A stretch of 64,000 nt of DNA from Moniliella sp. 'wahieum' (taxonomy: Eukaryota). Made by a program: the position numbers and the translations under genes. The stretch is from NCBI GenBank assembly GCA_003971905.1, contig RSEE01000005.1, positions 744,001-808,000 of the forward strand. Direction: 5' to 3'. Below the pieces are notes generated by a model, which was not told where the DNA came from, did not search any database, and was given only the letters and a program-made list of their open reading frames with translations. This document shows positions 25,501-39,600 of this stretch, in pieces (positions within the stretch are counted from its first letter, which is position 1; each line of letters starts with the position of its first letter).

Positions 25501-26020
25501 GCCCCTCAGGCTGAGGCCTCAGGTCCCTCTAACCTCAGGGTACCGCGAGATACCGGGCTGCTTACGTCACATGTCACACACGTCCGTGCCCCCACACTAG
25601 CGCTGCGCCCCGCCGTGTGTCTGAGCTGGCGCTGCTTGGATCGGCCGGTGCCTGCAGGGCCCTCGGCAGGGCCATCAACGGCTGCGTACTCGCCGTCTCG
25701 CCTGGGTCGCCGTTTCCTCCTCGCCACCGCCATCGCCACCGTCGCACCGTCGCCCGCGTGGCCGCTGCCTACCCGCCTTCCTTTGTGCTGCGTCCGCATC
25801 TCCATCCGCATTCACTTTCGTCCTCGCCGCCGCCCTCCCCGCGCCCGCAGCTGTATCCATGCCACTCAGCGTATCTCCGGGGGTCTTTGCGCCGTCCTCA
25901 GCGGCGCCCCCCCGAGCGCCCCCAGCCCTTCATCCCTTTTCTTCTGCCCACACTCATTCCTCCAGCCCACACCGCATCTCCGATCGCTCCTTAGCGTACG
26001 ACCAGCCCGCGGCCAGCTCT

Positions 26021-29000
26021 ATGTATGAGCCTCAGCTTCCGCCGCCACCGTCTACCGCCGCCGCCTCCCTAGCCGCCTCCGCAGCCATTTGTGCTCGTCC
26101 GCGTGCCTTCAGCGAGGTTCCAGGAGCCGCGTCCACGTCCACGTCCACGTCGCCACCTCCGGTTCCCTACCCGCGCCAGCAGACGTTGGACACCTTCCCC
26201 GCCTATAGCTCTCCGCGCCTTGGGGACCGTTCCCACTCCCCGGCTACACCTTACCCTACCTATGCCCGTCCGGCTCCATCGTCGCCGAGCGTTGTTGAAC
26301 TCCTGCTCCCCTCTTCACCCCCTCGCTTGTTGGCACAACGCCGACTGTGCCCAGTCCGTATCCACAACCTTCCGACAGTGTGGCTTCGTCCAGATCACAA
26401 TCCCAGCCCCTGCTCCCACCTACTCCGTCCTACTCCCACCCCTCTAGCCGGGTCGACAGTCACTCTCCCCGCTCCCGCCTGCGCACTTTGTCCACTGCTG
26501 ATGCTACCCCTCCATCACTTCCATCACCTCTACCTTCACATTCAGCGCTGCATCAAGCGCCCGCGTGTCCACTAGAGGCTCCTTCCTCTCAGTTTTCATG
26601 GAGCTCGCAGGACATCTACGCTTTTGACCCTACTGATGCAATGGACGGAACAGAACATACGTTGGGCCCTACGAATGAACGCTTATCCCTTACCTGGTCG
26701 CATTCTTACCATCCCCCTGAACCCTTCTGTTCTTCCAGCGCGATGGGCATCGGACCGAATCTCATCGCTGTTCCGATGCAAAAACCCAGCGGCAGTTTCA
26801 GCCCCTATCTCCCACGTCCTTCTTCACCCCCATTCGTGACACCTACTTCAATTGTAGCTGCGCCAGGCTCGTCAACTGGTGCAGACCCAGTCTCGAGTAG
26901 CCCAGCGCGCCCCTCATCATCCATGGCCCTTCACTCACACGGTTCCTCGTCCCATGATTTGGCCATTGATACACATCTCCTCCCCTCGCAATACACACCC
27001 CGAAGTCCACCCCTTTATGGCCCTCGGAGCAGCTCGTCGGACGGCCGAGCGGTGGGGGCGATGGTTATCCTTGGATCAATGGGTGGCAATGTCTCCACCT
27101 CAGCCTTGGTCCGACCTCGTTTGCGCCCTCCTTCGCCCAAGCGCTCTTCTGGCTCGTCAACGGGAGGCACACTGGAGAATGCCGCGCCCCTGCCCACCCC
27201 GGCCGGTGGCAGAGCAAGAAAGGGGCTTGATCATGTTTCCAATTTATTCCGGCGCACCCGGGGCTCAGGGCCGAGCCAAGCTCAAATCCAAGCGACGCAA
27301 GTTGCCCATGCGACGTCCCAAACCCAACAGGCCCTAGCTGGGACTCAAACTCGCGTGCAGGGCCACCCGCAGGTAGCTCAGCCTGAGGTTCATGCTGCCC
27401 CGGTCAGTTATACCCACCAAGACACCCGTCCCCCCCTGGACATCCTACTACACCGAATGCCAATGGCGCCAGCAATCGGCACACACTCTCCTCCCATTTC
27501 AATTGGGGTTGGTTGGACGGCAGACGAGACTCCAAGGGCATCCCCTCAGGTGTATCCGTGTCCCCTGGCCGTACGCTTGCCGTGTCCCCAGTGACGGGTG
27601 AGCGGGCGTTGGTTTTCCCGGACGAGGGGGCGCGTCATGGGTCACGAGAGACGGAAGCGTACCCGATTATCTCAAACCGCTCGCCCAACTCACCCCTCAC
27701 TTTTCCTGTGGGATTCGAGGATGGAGGATCACCATCCAATGCGTCACTTCCCTCCGGTACCCGGCGTCCCTTGTCAGCCGGCGAATCTGGCCAAGCATAC
27801 AGTGGCGCACAACCTTACCAGTCTCGTCCGGTATCGGGGTCCTCCGAACAGCATCCTGCCAAGCATCGTCACCGTCCTGGCACGGCTCCGGGAGCGTCTT
27901 CTGCCCACAATGTTGGCATCACAAGTAACTTCCCTCCTTCTCCCGCGCTTGCCGCACCCGATGGTCAGGAGCACGTCAAGATCTATGCGACCACCAACGG
28001 AGAAAATTTTACCGTCGTGGACATTACCGGGCTTCGTGAGGCGGCGGATATTAAGCTGCGGATGATGCATGGATTAGGTATGCTGCCTCGTTCCTTGTCC
28101 GCATTTTTTTGGTGAAAACTGACTCCACGTGTCTCTGAAGGCATCCCTGAGAGTGCCATTGATGATGTGACTGTTCGCCAAACAGGCGTGGGGGTCGATG
28201 CTTTTCGTTCGGATCCTCTGGATGACACACTGCTGATGGTCATGTGCGTCGATAAGGGCGATGCAGATGGGTCTCTCAAATTCTTCATCGCCACGGATGC
28301 GCGCGCCTTGCTGGAGCACAAGGCACAGCAAGAACGCGGCATTGCGGAGCGCAATCGCGCCAAGCTCTACGCTGATGCGCCGCGTCCGGTTCAAGCCACC
28401 CCTCAACCCACTGGGGTAACTGACCAAGTGCAGAAACATCTTGATTCGTCCTCCATGCATCCATCTCGTCTTCGGATAGCGCAGCCATGGGAACACCCAC
28501 CCAGCCTGATGGTGGGCACGCATGGTTTTGCACCCTCTTCCGGGGTCAATTCATCTAGCCGCCCCTCGGTGACATGGCTGGTGCAGTCCCATCGAGATGA
28601 GAAGGCGCGTTCTGCCCCGCCCCTGGCTGGCCACCTGCCGGCTTACAACTCTCCGTATACCTGTGCCACAACGTCTGGCAGAGCAGGGCAGGGCAATTTG
28701 TCTCCTGAACATTCCCCTCCGATGTCGCGCCCAGCGGTACCTTACCCCACAACAACCACTGGGGTAGCCCGTTCCCCCCTCTTTCTATGTCGGGTGCTGC
28801 TCCAGGTTCGGCCTCTAGCGCTGGGGAAGACGTGTCAGTCAACGAAATGGGTGAGATTGTGCTCAAGCGCTCGAACCTGATCACAGATGTAAACGATCAC
28901 CACATATTCCAGAAGCGGGCTACTCTTGACAACAACTTGCACCTCAAAGTGGGGGGGACCGTGCAACAGGTCATTGGCGCCCAGGCTCCCAGAGTAACCG

Positions 29001-32000
29001 ACACTCTGATCCAGTTGTTTCCGCTTTACCGCCTTCATATTTGAAAAATGCCTATCTACCTCTCCCGAATCAGTCGGAGGGAATGCGAACGCAGCCTGGT
29101 TCCCACTCTACTTCGGCGAGAGGGTACGCTGCAGCTCCTATCCCAACCACGTCCCCCGTCACCCCAATTCTAAGGCGTCCCATGAGGAACAAGGACGGAG
29201 ACACTATTCAACGCCTTCCTTACCGATGGAGGCCACCGGGCCGGCCCTTCCTCCGCCACGCAACTTGCCTCCCACACCTGTGACGACGAACGTCTCCTCC
29301 TCGCTTTCCCTTGTGCCTCCGGCGCCGTCGTCATCGACTTCCAACCCACCAATCCTACTCCCCGTCGCCGACCCACCACGGCGCCTCCCGCTTACTCCTG
29401 ATGTTTCTTCTTATTCCACCAGCTCGTATGCAGTTCGTGCCCGCTGCGGCCCCGTTCCCCATCTCAAGCGAGGGGCAGGTGGGCTCGTCCATCTCGTCCG
29501 CCTCGGTTTCGGATGAGTCTGACCTGTTCCACGCCGTGTCCGGTCACAGCTCTGTCTCTGATCGCGATAGTGAGACCAAGCGCAATTCGGGCCCCCTCAG
29601 CCCAGCTTCTCCGACGTCGCCGCCGCCTTCCACCACGCCGTTGCGTACGAGCATGGCCGCAGCGGCCAACACATCCAGTCCCCCCGCTCCGCACCAACAG
29701 TCCTTAATCCCTGCCACTTCAGTCCACTCCAATTCCACAACTTCAATATGGCCTGGGGTGTGCGAGAGCGAGCCTCTCAACGGCGGGGCGAATGTATCAC
29801 CTGACGCTGCTTCCATGACAGTTGCGTCGGATGAGTCAACGTTGACTCTTCGTAACAATCACATCCTGAACGTATTGGGAGAGGCGACGCGGACCCCGAC
29901 GGCATCTAGTCCCGCTGGGGGACAGGAGCAGGACCAGCTTCATTCTGTTCGCACTCTGGCTTCCGCTGGTAGGAAGGAGGAGGTGACCGAAAGAAGGGGG
30001 GAGGACATGGCCCTTGTCCGATCCCAACTGGAACCCGAATCCAATGTGCCGAACGAGGCGGGCTTGGCTGTACCTGGTCACGCACTTGCTCCCCAGGAGG
30101 AAGACGCTTTCACCATTTACTCCCAGTCGGACTTGCCTGAACCGAGTGATCCGACGGTACGCATGACAGATCCGCTCTATGCTTCCCAGGAGGAAGACGC
30201 TTTCACCATTTACTCCCAGTCGGACTTGCCTGAACTGAGTGATCCGACGGTACGCATGACAGATCCGCTCTATGCACCTGTGACAACTCTGTTGAAGGAG
30301 ACCAGGGCTCATGCCGACAAGAAGAAGCTGGACCGGGAACAGATACAGCAGCTCCAAGCGAAAGTGGAGCAACAATCTGTTTTCGAGGGGTTGCCCAGGC
30401 GTTTGCCTGGTCAGGATGGCCAAGTTGATCAGGACGCCTCTTTGGCACAGGTTCGCGATGCGACCTTGGCCAAGCCGACTCTGGACGAGCAGAAACATGG
30501 ACGAATTAGTCAATTGCTTGCGAATCCGGCAGAGGACGCGGATCAATTTACCGTCTATTCTGCCAGCAAATTGCCTGACGTTGATCAAGCAACAGTGCGG
30601 TTTGATGATCCGCGGCAAGCTAGTGTACGCCAAGTGTTGACGGGAAACTCGGTCGTGGCGACCGAGGTCCAAGTCCTGGTTTCAGATTCGTGCACGATCT
30701 CCTCCGGAGCTGATTTGCCTGATGTGAATGACGCAACGGTGCAGGTAAATGACATGCCGCTACCTGTTTCGAAGCAAGAGCTCCCCGGGGCAAGCAGCAA
30801 ATCAATGCCGCCCAAGTCGGAGTCTGCATCGCAAGAATATTGGATGTCCCCGGACCTTGGCTAAGGAGTGCCATCGCCTACGCGACTTGATCCCTACGTA
30901 CGAGGACTCAATCCCCACCCCACGCGCGGCGGTGCAACCTGCCAGCACGGTTCAGTCCCCCTCCCCACTCCGTATTGATACACGCATTGACACGATCTCA
31001 GCCGCCCCAAATTTGGCGCCAATTCCGAGTGCCGACGGTGAGTCGAGTCCCACGATAGCCACGGGCTCATCGACAAGTGCAATGAACTCTCCCGTGGAGC
31101 CAGAGGAAGAACTTGCCTCGAATGATTGGGCCATGCGTCCCACGCAGAAAGCCGTCTACAACCACCTCGACGAAATCTTCCCTGAGCATGACCTGGACAA
31201 ACCTGTGATTGCACCGCCTCCCGCTTACTCGCCCACTTCGGTTGAACCCCCTAGCACCGCTGCCAATTCCTCTGCCAACGACAAGTTCACTTCCCTCGTG
31301 CCCTCTAAGTCGCCGAATGCTGCTACTGAATCGGCACGCAAGGCTGCCACCCCGCCTCCCTCAGCGTGGAATTCTGGGGATGGGCCAGGGTCGACGTCAG
31401 GCTCAGTGTCCAATGGTCCCAAGGGTCGCGCATTGCTCCGTCCAAGCAAGTCAATCCGTGTTGTGGCCCGGGACCGGATGCGGGACATGGACCGTGCTAG
31501 CCGAGCTGGGGCAAAATGGGGGGCGCCGTTATCCGTAGGCGGAGTACCCGGATGTGGGGTGCTCGGACCCGTGAAGTTCGCCCGGGAGCCTCTTTTGCTG
31601 AGATCCAGCGAGGCCAGCAAACTGGCCGGGACGAGAAGTTGACCGACGTGCCTACGTTCGTGTGGGCCAAAGGTGGCTTGATTGGCCGCGGCAGCTTCGG
31701 CCACGTGTATCACGCAATGAACGTGACGACGGGCGATGTGTTGGCGGTGAAGCAAGTCGAGCTTCCATCGACCCGTCAGACTTGGCAAAGTCCGATAGCA
31801 AAATCTTGGTCAATTCCCTCGAGTCGGAGATTGAGACGCTCAAGGTGTTGGAACACCCTAACATCGTGGCCTACCTTGGTTTTGAGCGCTCAAACGGCTT
31901 CCTCTCAATTTTCCTCGAATACGTGCCCGGCGGGTCGATTGGTTCGTGCTTGCGCAACCATGGCATGTTGGAGGAACCAACTGTTGCTTACTTTACACAC

Positions 32001-32709
32001 CAGATCCTTGATGGGCTCAAATATCTTCACCAAAACGGTCTCATTCATCGCGACATCAAAGCTGACAATATCCTGGTCGACTATGACGGCATTTGCAAAA
32101 TTTCTGACTTTGGCACAGTTCACCGTTCGAACAACGGTGCCGGCAGGTCCGTCAAAGGCACTATCCCCTGGATGGCTCCCGAGGCCCTTAGCGTGCCATC
32201 ACAAGGGTACTCGGCCAAAGTTGACATATGGAGCCTCGGGTGCGTGGTGCTTGAGATGCTTGCGGGCAAGCGGCCGTGGCCGGATCATGAGATCCCACAA
32301 GTCCTGTTTCAGGTACGTTGTTTTGTTGGGACCTCGTGAACCTCTTGCTGGCGTACGAATGTTTGACTGACGTGATGCATAGGTTGGTTATTCTCAATCG
32401 CCCCCGCCGGTGCCCGAATGGGTGCAAATGTCCCCGGCGGCCAAGAACTTTTTGGCCAACTGTCATGTCATTGATCCGGAAACGCGGCCGACGGCAGAGC
32501 AACTTTTGACCCACGTGTTTCCGTACAACATTCCACCGGGTTGGACATTCCAGTCGAGCAAACTGTATCGAGCGATCGTCAACAATCCTTGTCGCAAGTC
32601 GACCCGGCGCAGGCCTGCGCCCCGAGACAGCGTTTCCGCCGAGCCATCGGGTCAGCAACGTGAACGCGCGCCTGGCTCAGCAGCTTCCCCCGTCAACGAG
32701 GACAAGTGA
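26021..32709 (+). CDS. BCK1: MAP kinase kinase kinase, Bck1/Mkh1 type; introns ~28078-28140 and 32313-32382, frameshifted
   Basis: C-terminal kinase: WAKGGLIGRGSFGHVY, AVKQVELP, IFLEYVPGGSI, HRDIKADNILVD, KISDFG, WMAPE, YSAKVDIWSLGC. Bck1-type blocks WAMRP...HLDEIFPEHDLDKPVI and ENFTVVDITG. Confidence 0.88.
30088..30275 (+). repeat. 93-bp tandem duplication, in frame (31 aa)
   Basis: Units start at 30088 and 30181 with 2 mismatches: APQEEDAFTIYSQSDLPEPSDPTVRMTDPLY / ASQEEDAFTIYSQSDLPELSDPTVRMTDPLY. Confidence 0.95.
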
Positions 32710-33683
32710 GCCGCTCCGCCATCCCTCACCTTGGCCCCCGTTTGGCCCCACTCCGTTGTCCCTATCCCCTTACACCCCCTTGTTTCCTTCCACCCCCCCC
32801 CCCCTGCCTCCCCCATTGCCCTACTCTTTTATCCTGTTTACTAGTGTGCTTGTCGGTTCCTTTCGTTTTGATGATACCCCTTTTCTCTGTCCTCCCAATG
32901 TTCCCCCATTCTTTTGCCACTTGATTTCGGGGGACAGAATCATGTAGATGATGGGAGCCGCTCACGAGCTATGGCTTTTTGTTGCTTACATCCGAGAGCT
33001 ATGCACTGCCACGGGCCATAGTGATATGGGATAGCAAAAGGACGTGGTTGGGGTTCTGGGTGTCGGAAGCCAACAAGCACCCATTCTACTCCAACACATA
33101 ATAAGCGAGGGGATGACTCAAGCACGAGTTGCTCGCCGCAGGGTGCGTTGCTGGCAAACTGGGCGAACCAAAAGGAGAGGAGCCCACACGACGAGACAAA
33201 ACGGAAGGCCGAGGGGAAAGGGGGCCGGGAGCGGGACGCGGGACGCGGGGACGGGACAGCTAACTGGCGCGGCCGGGACGTCGTTGGAATGAAGCCGGGG
33301 GGTTATCGCGGCTGTGCGGGGGGAGGGCGTGGGGTACGCGAGTCTTTGCGGGTGGTCGCATTGGAAATGTGCGGGGGCAAAGCGGTGATGCGATCCCTAG
33401 AGCGTGGCGCCGAAATCAGCACCAAACCACACTTGATTGGGAAGAGGAAAGGTCGACCTATCTCCGGTGGGCGCCTTGGCCTCGGGTGCAAGGCGGTGGT
33501 TGATAATGTCTTGCTCACTGCAAGATCCACCCTGTGGTTCGATCGAGAGGTCGGGCGGGGGAGATGCGTTGGAAAGCATACGGTAGCTGGCGATGCATAA
33601 CGGGCCAGAAAGGGAACGCGCATCAAGTCACCGAGCAAAGGACACGACGCTGTTGCGGCGGTAGAGAGTGAAGAGAGCGTGTC

Positions 33684-36600
33684 TAGGTCGCGGTAATCTC
33701 CAGGTGATCAGGATCTTGTCGCCAACATGGGACCAGGAAATGTGCTCTTGGTGGAAGGATTGCGTATCGAGCGCATTAGTCGACGTGGCTGCCAGCGACA
33801 AGCTGGTGCGTGTTTCGGCGTCAGAAGATCGGAGGCTGTGGGCCAATGTGTTCGTCCTCAGCCAAGGTGCCAGCGTCGGGGCAGGATCGGCAGACTGGTA
33901 TACCACTTGATTCATCGGCATCCTCTGTCTCTTCCGCGTCGGTCCAAGGGCTGGTTGATATGGGTTGCGATTGAATCCAGTCCAGGGCGAGGGCTAGCGC
34001 CAACAAGGAGCGCCGCAGGCCACCAGTCAAGCATCCCTAGCTTCCAGTCCCATCTCCCGCTCCAACGTTCTCGTCATGCCCGCCCCAGGTCTATTCCAGC
34101 GCGCCAGAGTGCGCCGCCCTCGGCCTAGACACCGCCTCCGCGCGGGTGGAGGCGCTGCGCACTAACCGGCCGTGAGGGCGACGCAGGCACGCCAATCGAC
34201 GAAGGCACCGCCCGCACCGATCCGCGGCGAAGGGGACTGGCTAGGGTGCGCCTTGACCCCCATCCCCACCCCGATACCTGCATAGTTGCCCTGCAGCCCG
34301 TACGGCGCGTTGGCCGTGTACGCGTACGGAGCGGGGGGCGGCGGTCCAACTGGACCGGCGTGGCTCGCACCGCCCGCCATGGGGGAGGCAGCCTGGGCCG
34401 AGCTGACGAGCGCGCCGGGTACAAGGCTGCCCGGCATGAGCACCAGTCCGGCCCCTTGGGCCGGAGCAGGAGCCGGAGTAGGAGAGGTGGGGGCGGTGGA
34501 AGATCTGGGCCAGTACTCGTCCCAATCTCGGCCCCGACAGTCGCAGCGCCCATGCCCGTTGGGGTGGGTGAGATGTGGCCGTGGCCCGAGTGGCCATGCG
34601 AAGAGACGGAGGCGGGACCGGGGGAATGCGTCCGGGCCCCGGCTACAGGGCTGGTGCTGCGTACGCGATACGGTTCAGCGGGGTGAATACGAGGACCTGA
34701 GCCCGACGATCCTTGCCGTGTGGGCCCAGGAGGCAGAGGGGGGAACATGTACGCTGCCCTCCTCGTTCGCCGCTCGGTGCGCTGCCTCCGCTCGCACTCG
34801 CGCCTTGGCTCAGGGTCGTGGCGGAGGACGAAGGGTGCAACTGGCGCACATTGGGCGAGGAGAGGCCAGCCTGGTGCAAGGTCACAATACTAGCTGCCAA
34901 GTTAGCTCCCGCACTTTGCACCGACCCGCCCGGAGACGAGTGGGACGTTGCCATGTCGGCATAGCTGGGCGGGGCCAACGTCTGGCCACTGCTAGAGGGC
35001 TGCAGCCCCGAGTGAGGTTCGGGAGGCAAGGCAGAGGGGACGAAACTGCGTAACCAGTTGGACCCGGTGGTACCAGTGGGGGGTACGATGCCTGTGCATG
35101 GGGTTGGCCAGGCAAGAGCGAGCTGGTGGACTGGTGCCCGACAGAGCGACCTGGATAGCTTGGATTGGACGAAGCGACGGTCTTGCCCCGCATTCGCCCG
35201 AGTTGGATACCGACCTCCTCAGCCCCGCACCAGGGGACGGCAGGACTAAGGTGGTGGTGGAGGAAGTGGAGGAGGTGGAGGTGGGGGCGAGGCCCACACT
35301 AGCTGGGTCAACGGGCACCAGGTACTTTTCCATGCACTTGCGTACCACGTCCCGCGCACTGCCCGTCACGGCTAGGCCCAGTAACTCGGTATCCTCCAGC
35401 GGCGCCTTAAACTCCTTGGGCACAACCCAGAAGAGTTCTTGGTGCTGCAAGATGGCAAGCACCACATCGTTGGCGGGCAGCGCCGTGGACCGGTCTTCGG
35501 GTGCGGTGGTGGTGCGGCGGCATAGAGTAAGTTGGGGCCCAACACGGTGGCCAAATTGATCAAATCCATCCGCGATCCCGACTCGCCATCAATTTTCTCA
35601 AAGTTGGCTACCCACTTGATAAACGTAAACAGTTCCTCCATCGTGTCCCGGTGCGCGGCGGGCAGAAGGAGGCTGATGTACCGCAGGGCACGGATGCGCT
35701 CCTTTTTGTTCTCCATCTCTTGAGCGGCCATGTAGAGGGGATAGAGACGGAAAGTGAGCAGCGGATCGGGCAGTTCGCGCAGGAACCGTTTGAGGAACGC
35801 GGCCAACTGAATCACATTGTCATCCAGCATCCGGGACTCGAACGGACCCCCCCGGTCCACCAGGTCAGCTACTTCCTTGAGTTTGCGAATGTTGCCGTTT
35901 TTGCGGAAGATGCCTTCAATGCTTGGATCTGTTGCACAGCACGCACGGTCAGAAACTCGGATCCAAATCCATCCCAAACACAGCACACACATACCTAGGT
36001 AGCGCATCGCTCTGATAATTCGTTCAGCAAGCTGGGGATCTTAATGTAGACCCCGGTCGATGTCGACATGGTTTCGGTGCCGTGGTTGGTGATCAGGGTC
36101 GGAAGGGGAACGCCAAAGATGGCACCCCGCCGCGCTTGTGGTTGGTCTTGGGCTTTTGGAAAAGTTTGCCCCAAAAGTTGCCCTTGCGTGGTTCGGAGGA
36201 TTCTAGCAAAAAGTCCTCGGACGAGAAGAATTCTTCGAGGTTCACCTGGGCACGGAGCTCGGGCGTAGCCACACCACTTGGCAACGTTCTTCCGCTGCCG
36301 ACTTGTCGTGCTCCCCGGCCAATCCTTACCGTCGGCCGCGTCGGCCGAGAAGGACTTGGTGGGTGGGCGGCGGGGGGGCATGGAAATGCCCAGTTGGTGA
36401 TCAGGCAGGCAAGCGCCATGCACTTGATGACCAAGCGCTGGTCGGCGCAAGCGAAGCAATGAACGGCATGTCGGCATCCTGTTCCGGCCACGTCCAACTG
36501 GTTCGTCACGTCGTCCAAGTTCATCGGCGCCTCGGGGGGTTCGAGGCCCTGGGGGTCGGCTACCGTGTCCTCTTGGATTTGGACTTCGGTATTGGCTCGA

Positions 36601-39600
36601 CGCCAGGTCGGACGTTGAGGCTGCGACGAGTCAGATGGGGGACGAGGAAGGAGCTTGTCCACCCGATCGGCCGAGGTGGAGCGATCGCCAGACAATCCAC
36701 TCCTGCCGCCCAGTCCGGCACCCGGCGAGGGCAGCAGCCTCTCTCGTCCCTGGCCCAACGAAAGCGGGGGCCGGGTCGGGCCCGAAGCGGTCGGCTGGGA
36801 AAAGTAGTCCCCACCGGCCCCCGTCATCTCAATGGCAGGCGGCTGGGGACTGGGAAGGGCATTGGGTGTGCCTGTTGCCACCCCAGTCGTCTTGCCGCTA
36901 GGCCCTCGTACCACTGTCGAAATATGAGGCACCTTTGCCTTGGAGTCGACCTTGCGATCGAGCGACAAGTTGGACCGCGCCGTACGCCGGCGCATGTGGC
37001 CCTCGATTGAATTGGTCGACACTGCGCTGACTACCGTCGACGATCGCGTCAGTGCACCCGCATCTGCACCCGCACCCACACCCGGCGCAAGCAGCTCCCT
37101 TGATGCCTGCTCTTGCGAAGTACCAAGCGTCACGGAACTGGCGGTAGAGCCGGGTCCGGTCAAGGCATCCCGTACGGGCGGCCAGTAGATCATCCCACGC
37201 CGCTTCAGCTGATAAAACAGGCGCATCAAAGCAACCCGAAGCAAAAAGGTGTACTGTTCCAAGCGTGTGATGCGGATCACGCCTCGCGTCGTAGCGTGCC
37301 TGTGATCCGTTCACATTCGGCACACAACGGCACGTAGCTCGTGCCGTGTGCCGGCTTGGACGAAGGCGACGCTCCCTGTCCTGCAGGTGGAGGAGGCAAG
37401 ATGGTATCTTCTTGGGGAAGCGGACTTGGATCGGACGCTGCGGTGGGCTTGGAGGTCCAGCGGCGCGTCTCCACTCCAAACTGGTCGATGGGCCAAGCGT
37501 CTGGGCACCGTCGATCGATTTGGTAAAGGCGTGATGCGCAACTCGGACGCCTGTGCCGCAGTGGGATGGGGTGGCGTAGGACCTGCTGCCGGGGGGCAGG
37601 CCGATCCCCTCGGTCCTTCTTGGGCAGCCAGCCTGTGGTAGGGCGGGTGCACTTGTCACAGCGGAAGCAGCACAAGTGCCAGCGAGTTTTGTTGTTGAGC
37701 GCAAAACACTCTTCCTCCACTGTTTGGTGACAAAAGGCACATAGGTCCGTCGAGGCAGATCCCGAGCGGGATTTGGAGGAAGAGGCAGCCGAACCGGGGG
37801 TAAGACGCCATGGCATGTCGCGCGGAATGGTCGTGTAGCCACAGCCAATGTCCTGTCCCTCCGTCTCTTTGGGGGCACCTCCGTCGTGCGTCCAAACTGT
37901 TCGAGACATACGAGTTGGTTAAGGAACTTGTCAAACACCGCATTGTCCCGCAGATGCACGGCACCCATGAGCGCAAGACGAATCAAGATCTTAAGGCACT
38001 GGGCCATACCCGTTATGTGGGGTACCAGCTCGTGCGCCAAGGTGGAAGAAGGCGGGGTTGTGATGCCCCCCGCAGCAATCGGAGGAGGCGAAGAAGCCGT
38101 TTGCGTGCTGGGGAGGGCGAGAGAGAATGCTGAAAAGTTGACGATTCTTTTGCAGGCATACGAGCATCGCGCAGCGGAACCAGCCACGCAGGCTTGGGCG
38201 GTGCTTGAGCTCGTCCCAGGGGCCGGGAGAGCGCCGGGGCACCGTCACCAGACTGGTACGCAGTCGGATCCTCATCTTGCGAAGGGGGGTTGACCTCGCG
38301 GGAGCGCTCTCTAGCTTATCGATCGCAGCAAAAAGCACCTCGACGTGGAAGACAAATTTGTCCGCCATGTTGATCCCGCCCAGATAATTGCCCGCGGCGA
38401 CCAAACGCTGCATGTTGGCGATGCATGAAGCCGAAGACTCCTCAAAACCCGAGAGCACATTCCACACCCGCAACACTCGCTCCTCCATTGCCTTTTGCTT
38501 GGCCTTGAGAGACTCGGGGGTCTCGAGCGTCTCGAGTTTGAGCGCTCGCTGCAACACAGCCGGATTCATACCGGAATCCGTCGTGTCTTTCGGTTCATCC
38601 TCATTGGACATAATCGCAAGAGCAGATCCCTCTCCCGCCTCCCTTTTCGGTTCGATCTGGCCCGACCCGGGGGAATCCTCATCGTCAGGGGAAAGTTTGA
38701 CGTTCCAAAACTAAGATACAATGCACCTGGGTTAGCTAACCTGTCTGTCCGTGAAAAAAAAAAAGAGATGAAAGAAGGTAACATACTTGTTGATCATGTA
38801 GCACTCGGGGTGCCAAGTCTCGGTGTGGCCGTTGCGGCCAAATTCAACAAACTGGCGCAGGATGGCAGTCTTGCACCCCTCACAGGCGACGGCAAAGCGT
38901 GTCGAGTAGTGAAAGTGGCAGTAGACCTTTTTATCATGCTCATAGTAGGCATCTTGCGGACCAAAAACGACATCACACAACGAGCAGGTAAAGTGCTCAA
39001 TGTGGAACTTTTGGTTGAGCGCAGTAATGTAGGAGCCGCGGAGAGCGTTGCCACACTTGGCGCAGATCAGTTCCAAGCGACGGAAATAATCGCGCTCGCA
39101 CAGCGCATACCGTTCCCCCGTCTTGTTCGGGTCGTTGGGGAAAAATTTGGACGCTACATTCACTCCACAGTCGCGACAGCAAAAACAGTCGTAATGGTAT
39201 ACGGTGCCCAATGCCCGTACAAACTGCCCGCTCATCCGCTTGCCGCAACCGGCACAGTAAGTGACCCGCCCAGCGGATTTGGTGCGAGGCTTGTTGCGGG
39301 AGGGATCGCGACCATTCTCATCGTCTCGGTCCCGGCGTCGCCCTGAGGCGCCTTCCCCGGTCCCATCGGTGGAATCAGAGAGGGAGACGCGGGCCGGAGC
39401 CACTTGGATCGCTAGGCCCGTTGCTTCCTGTGGGAACAAGAGTATCGTTCGAGGAAGGGTGGCCGTTGCTGGTCGAAGCAGCGTAAACATGGGGAGGAAC
39501 GTGCTGGCCAAACGAGGAAGAATCGCCTGGATGGGTGTGAGCATGTCCGTTGGACGACCCTGGGGCTGGATTAACCCAGGGCGCAGATGACTGCAGAGCA

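Noticed and set aside
30088..30275. CRISPR-like array
   Set aside because: Simple in-frame tandem duplication without spacers, in eukaryotic coding sequence.
26021..32709. Mating-type locus (STE11-like kinase)
   Set aside because: The kinase has Bck1-type blocks and no SAM/RA domain. No pheromone, receptor or homeodomain genes were seen.
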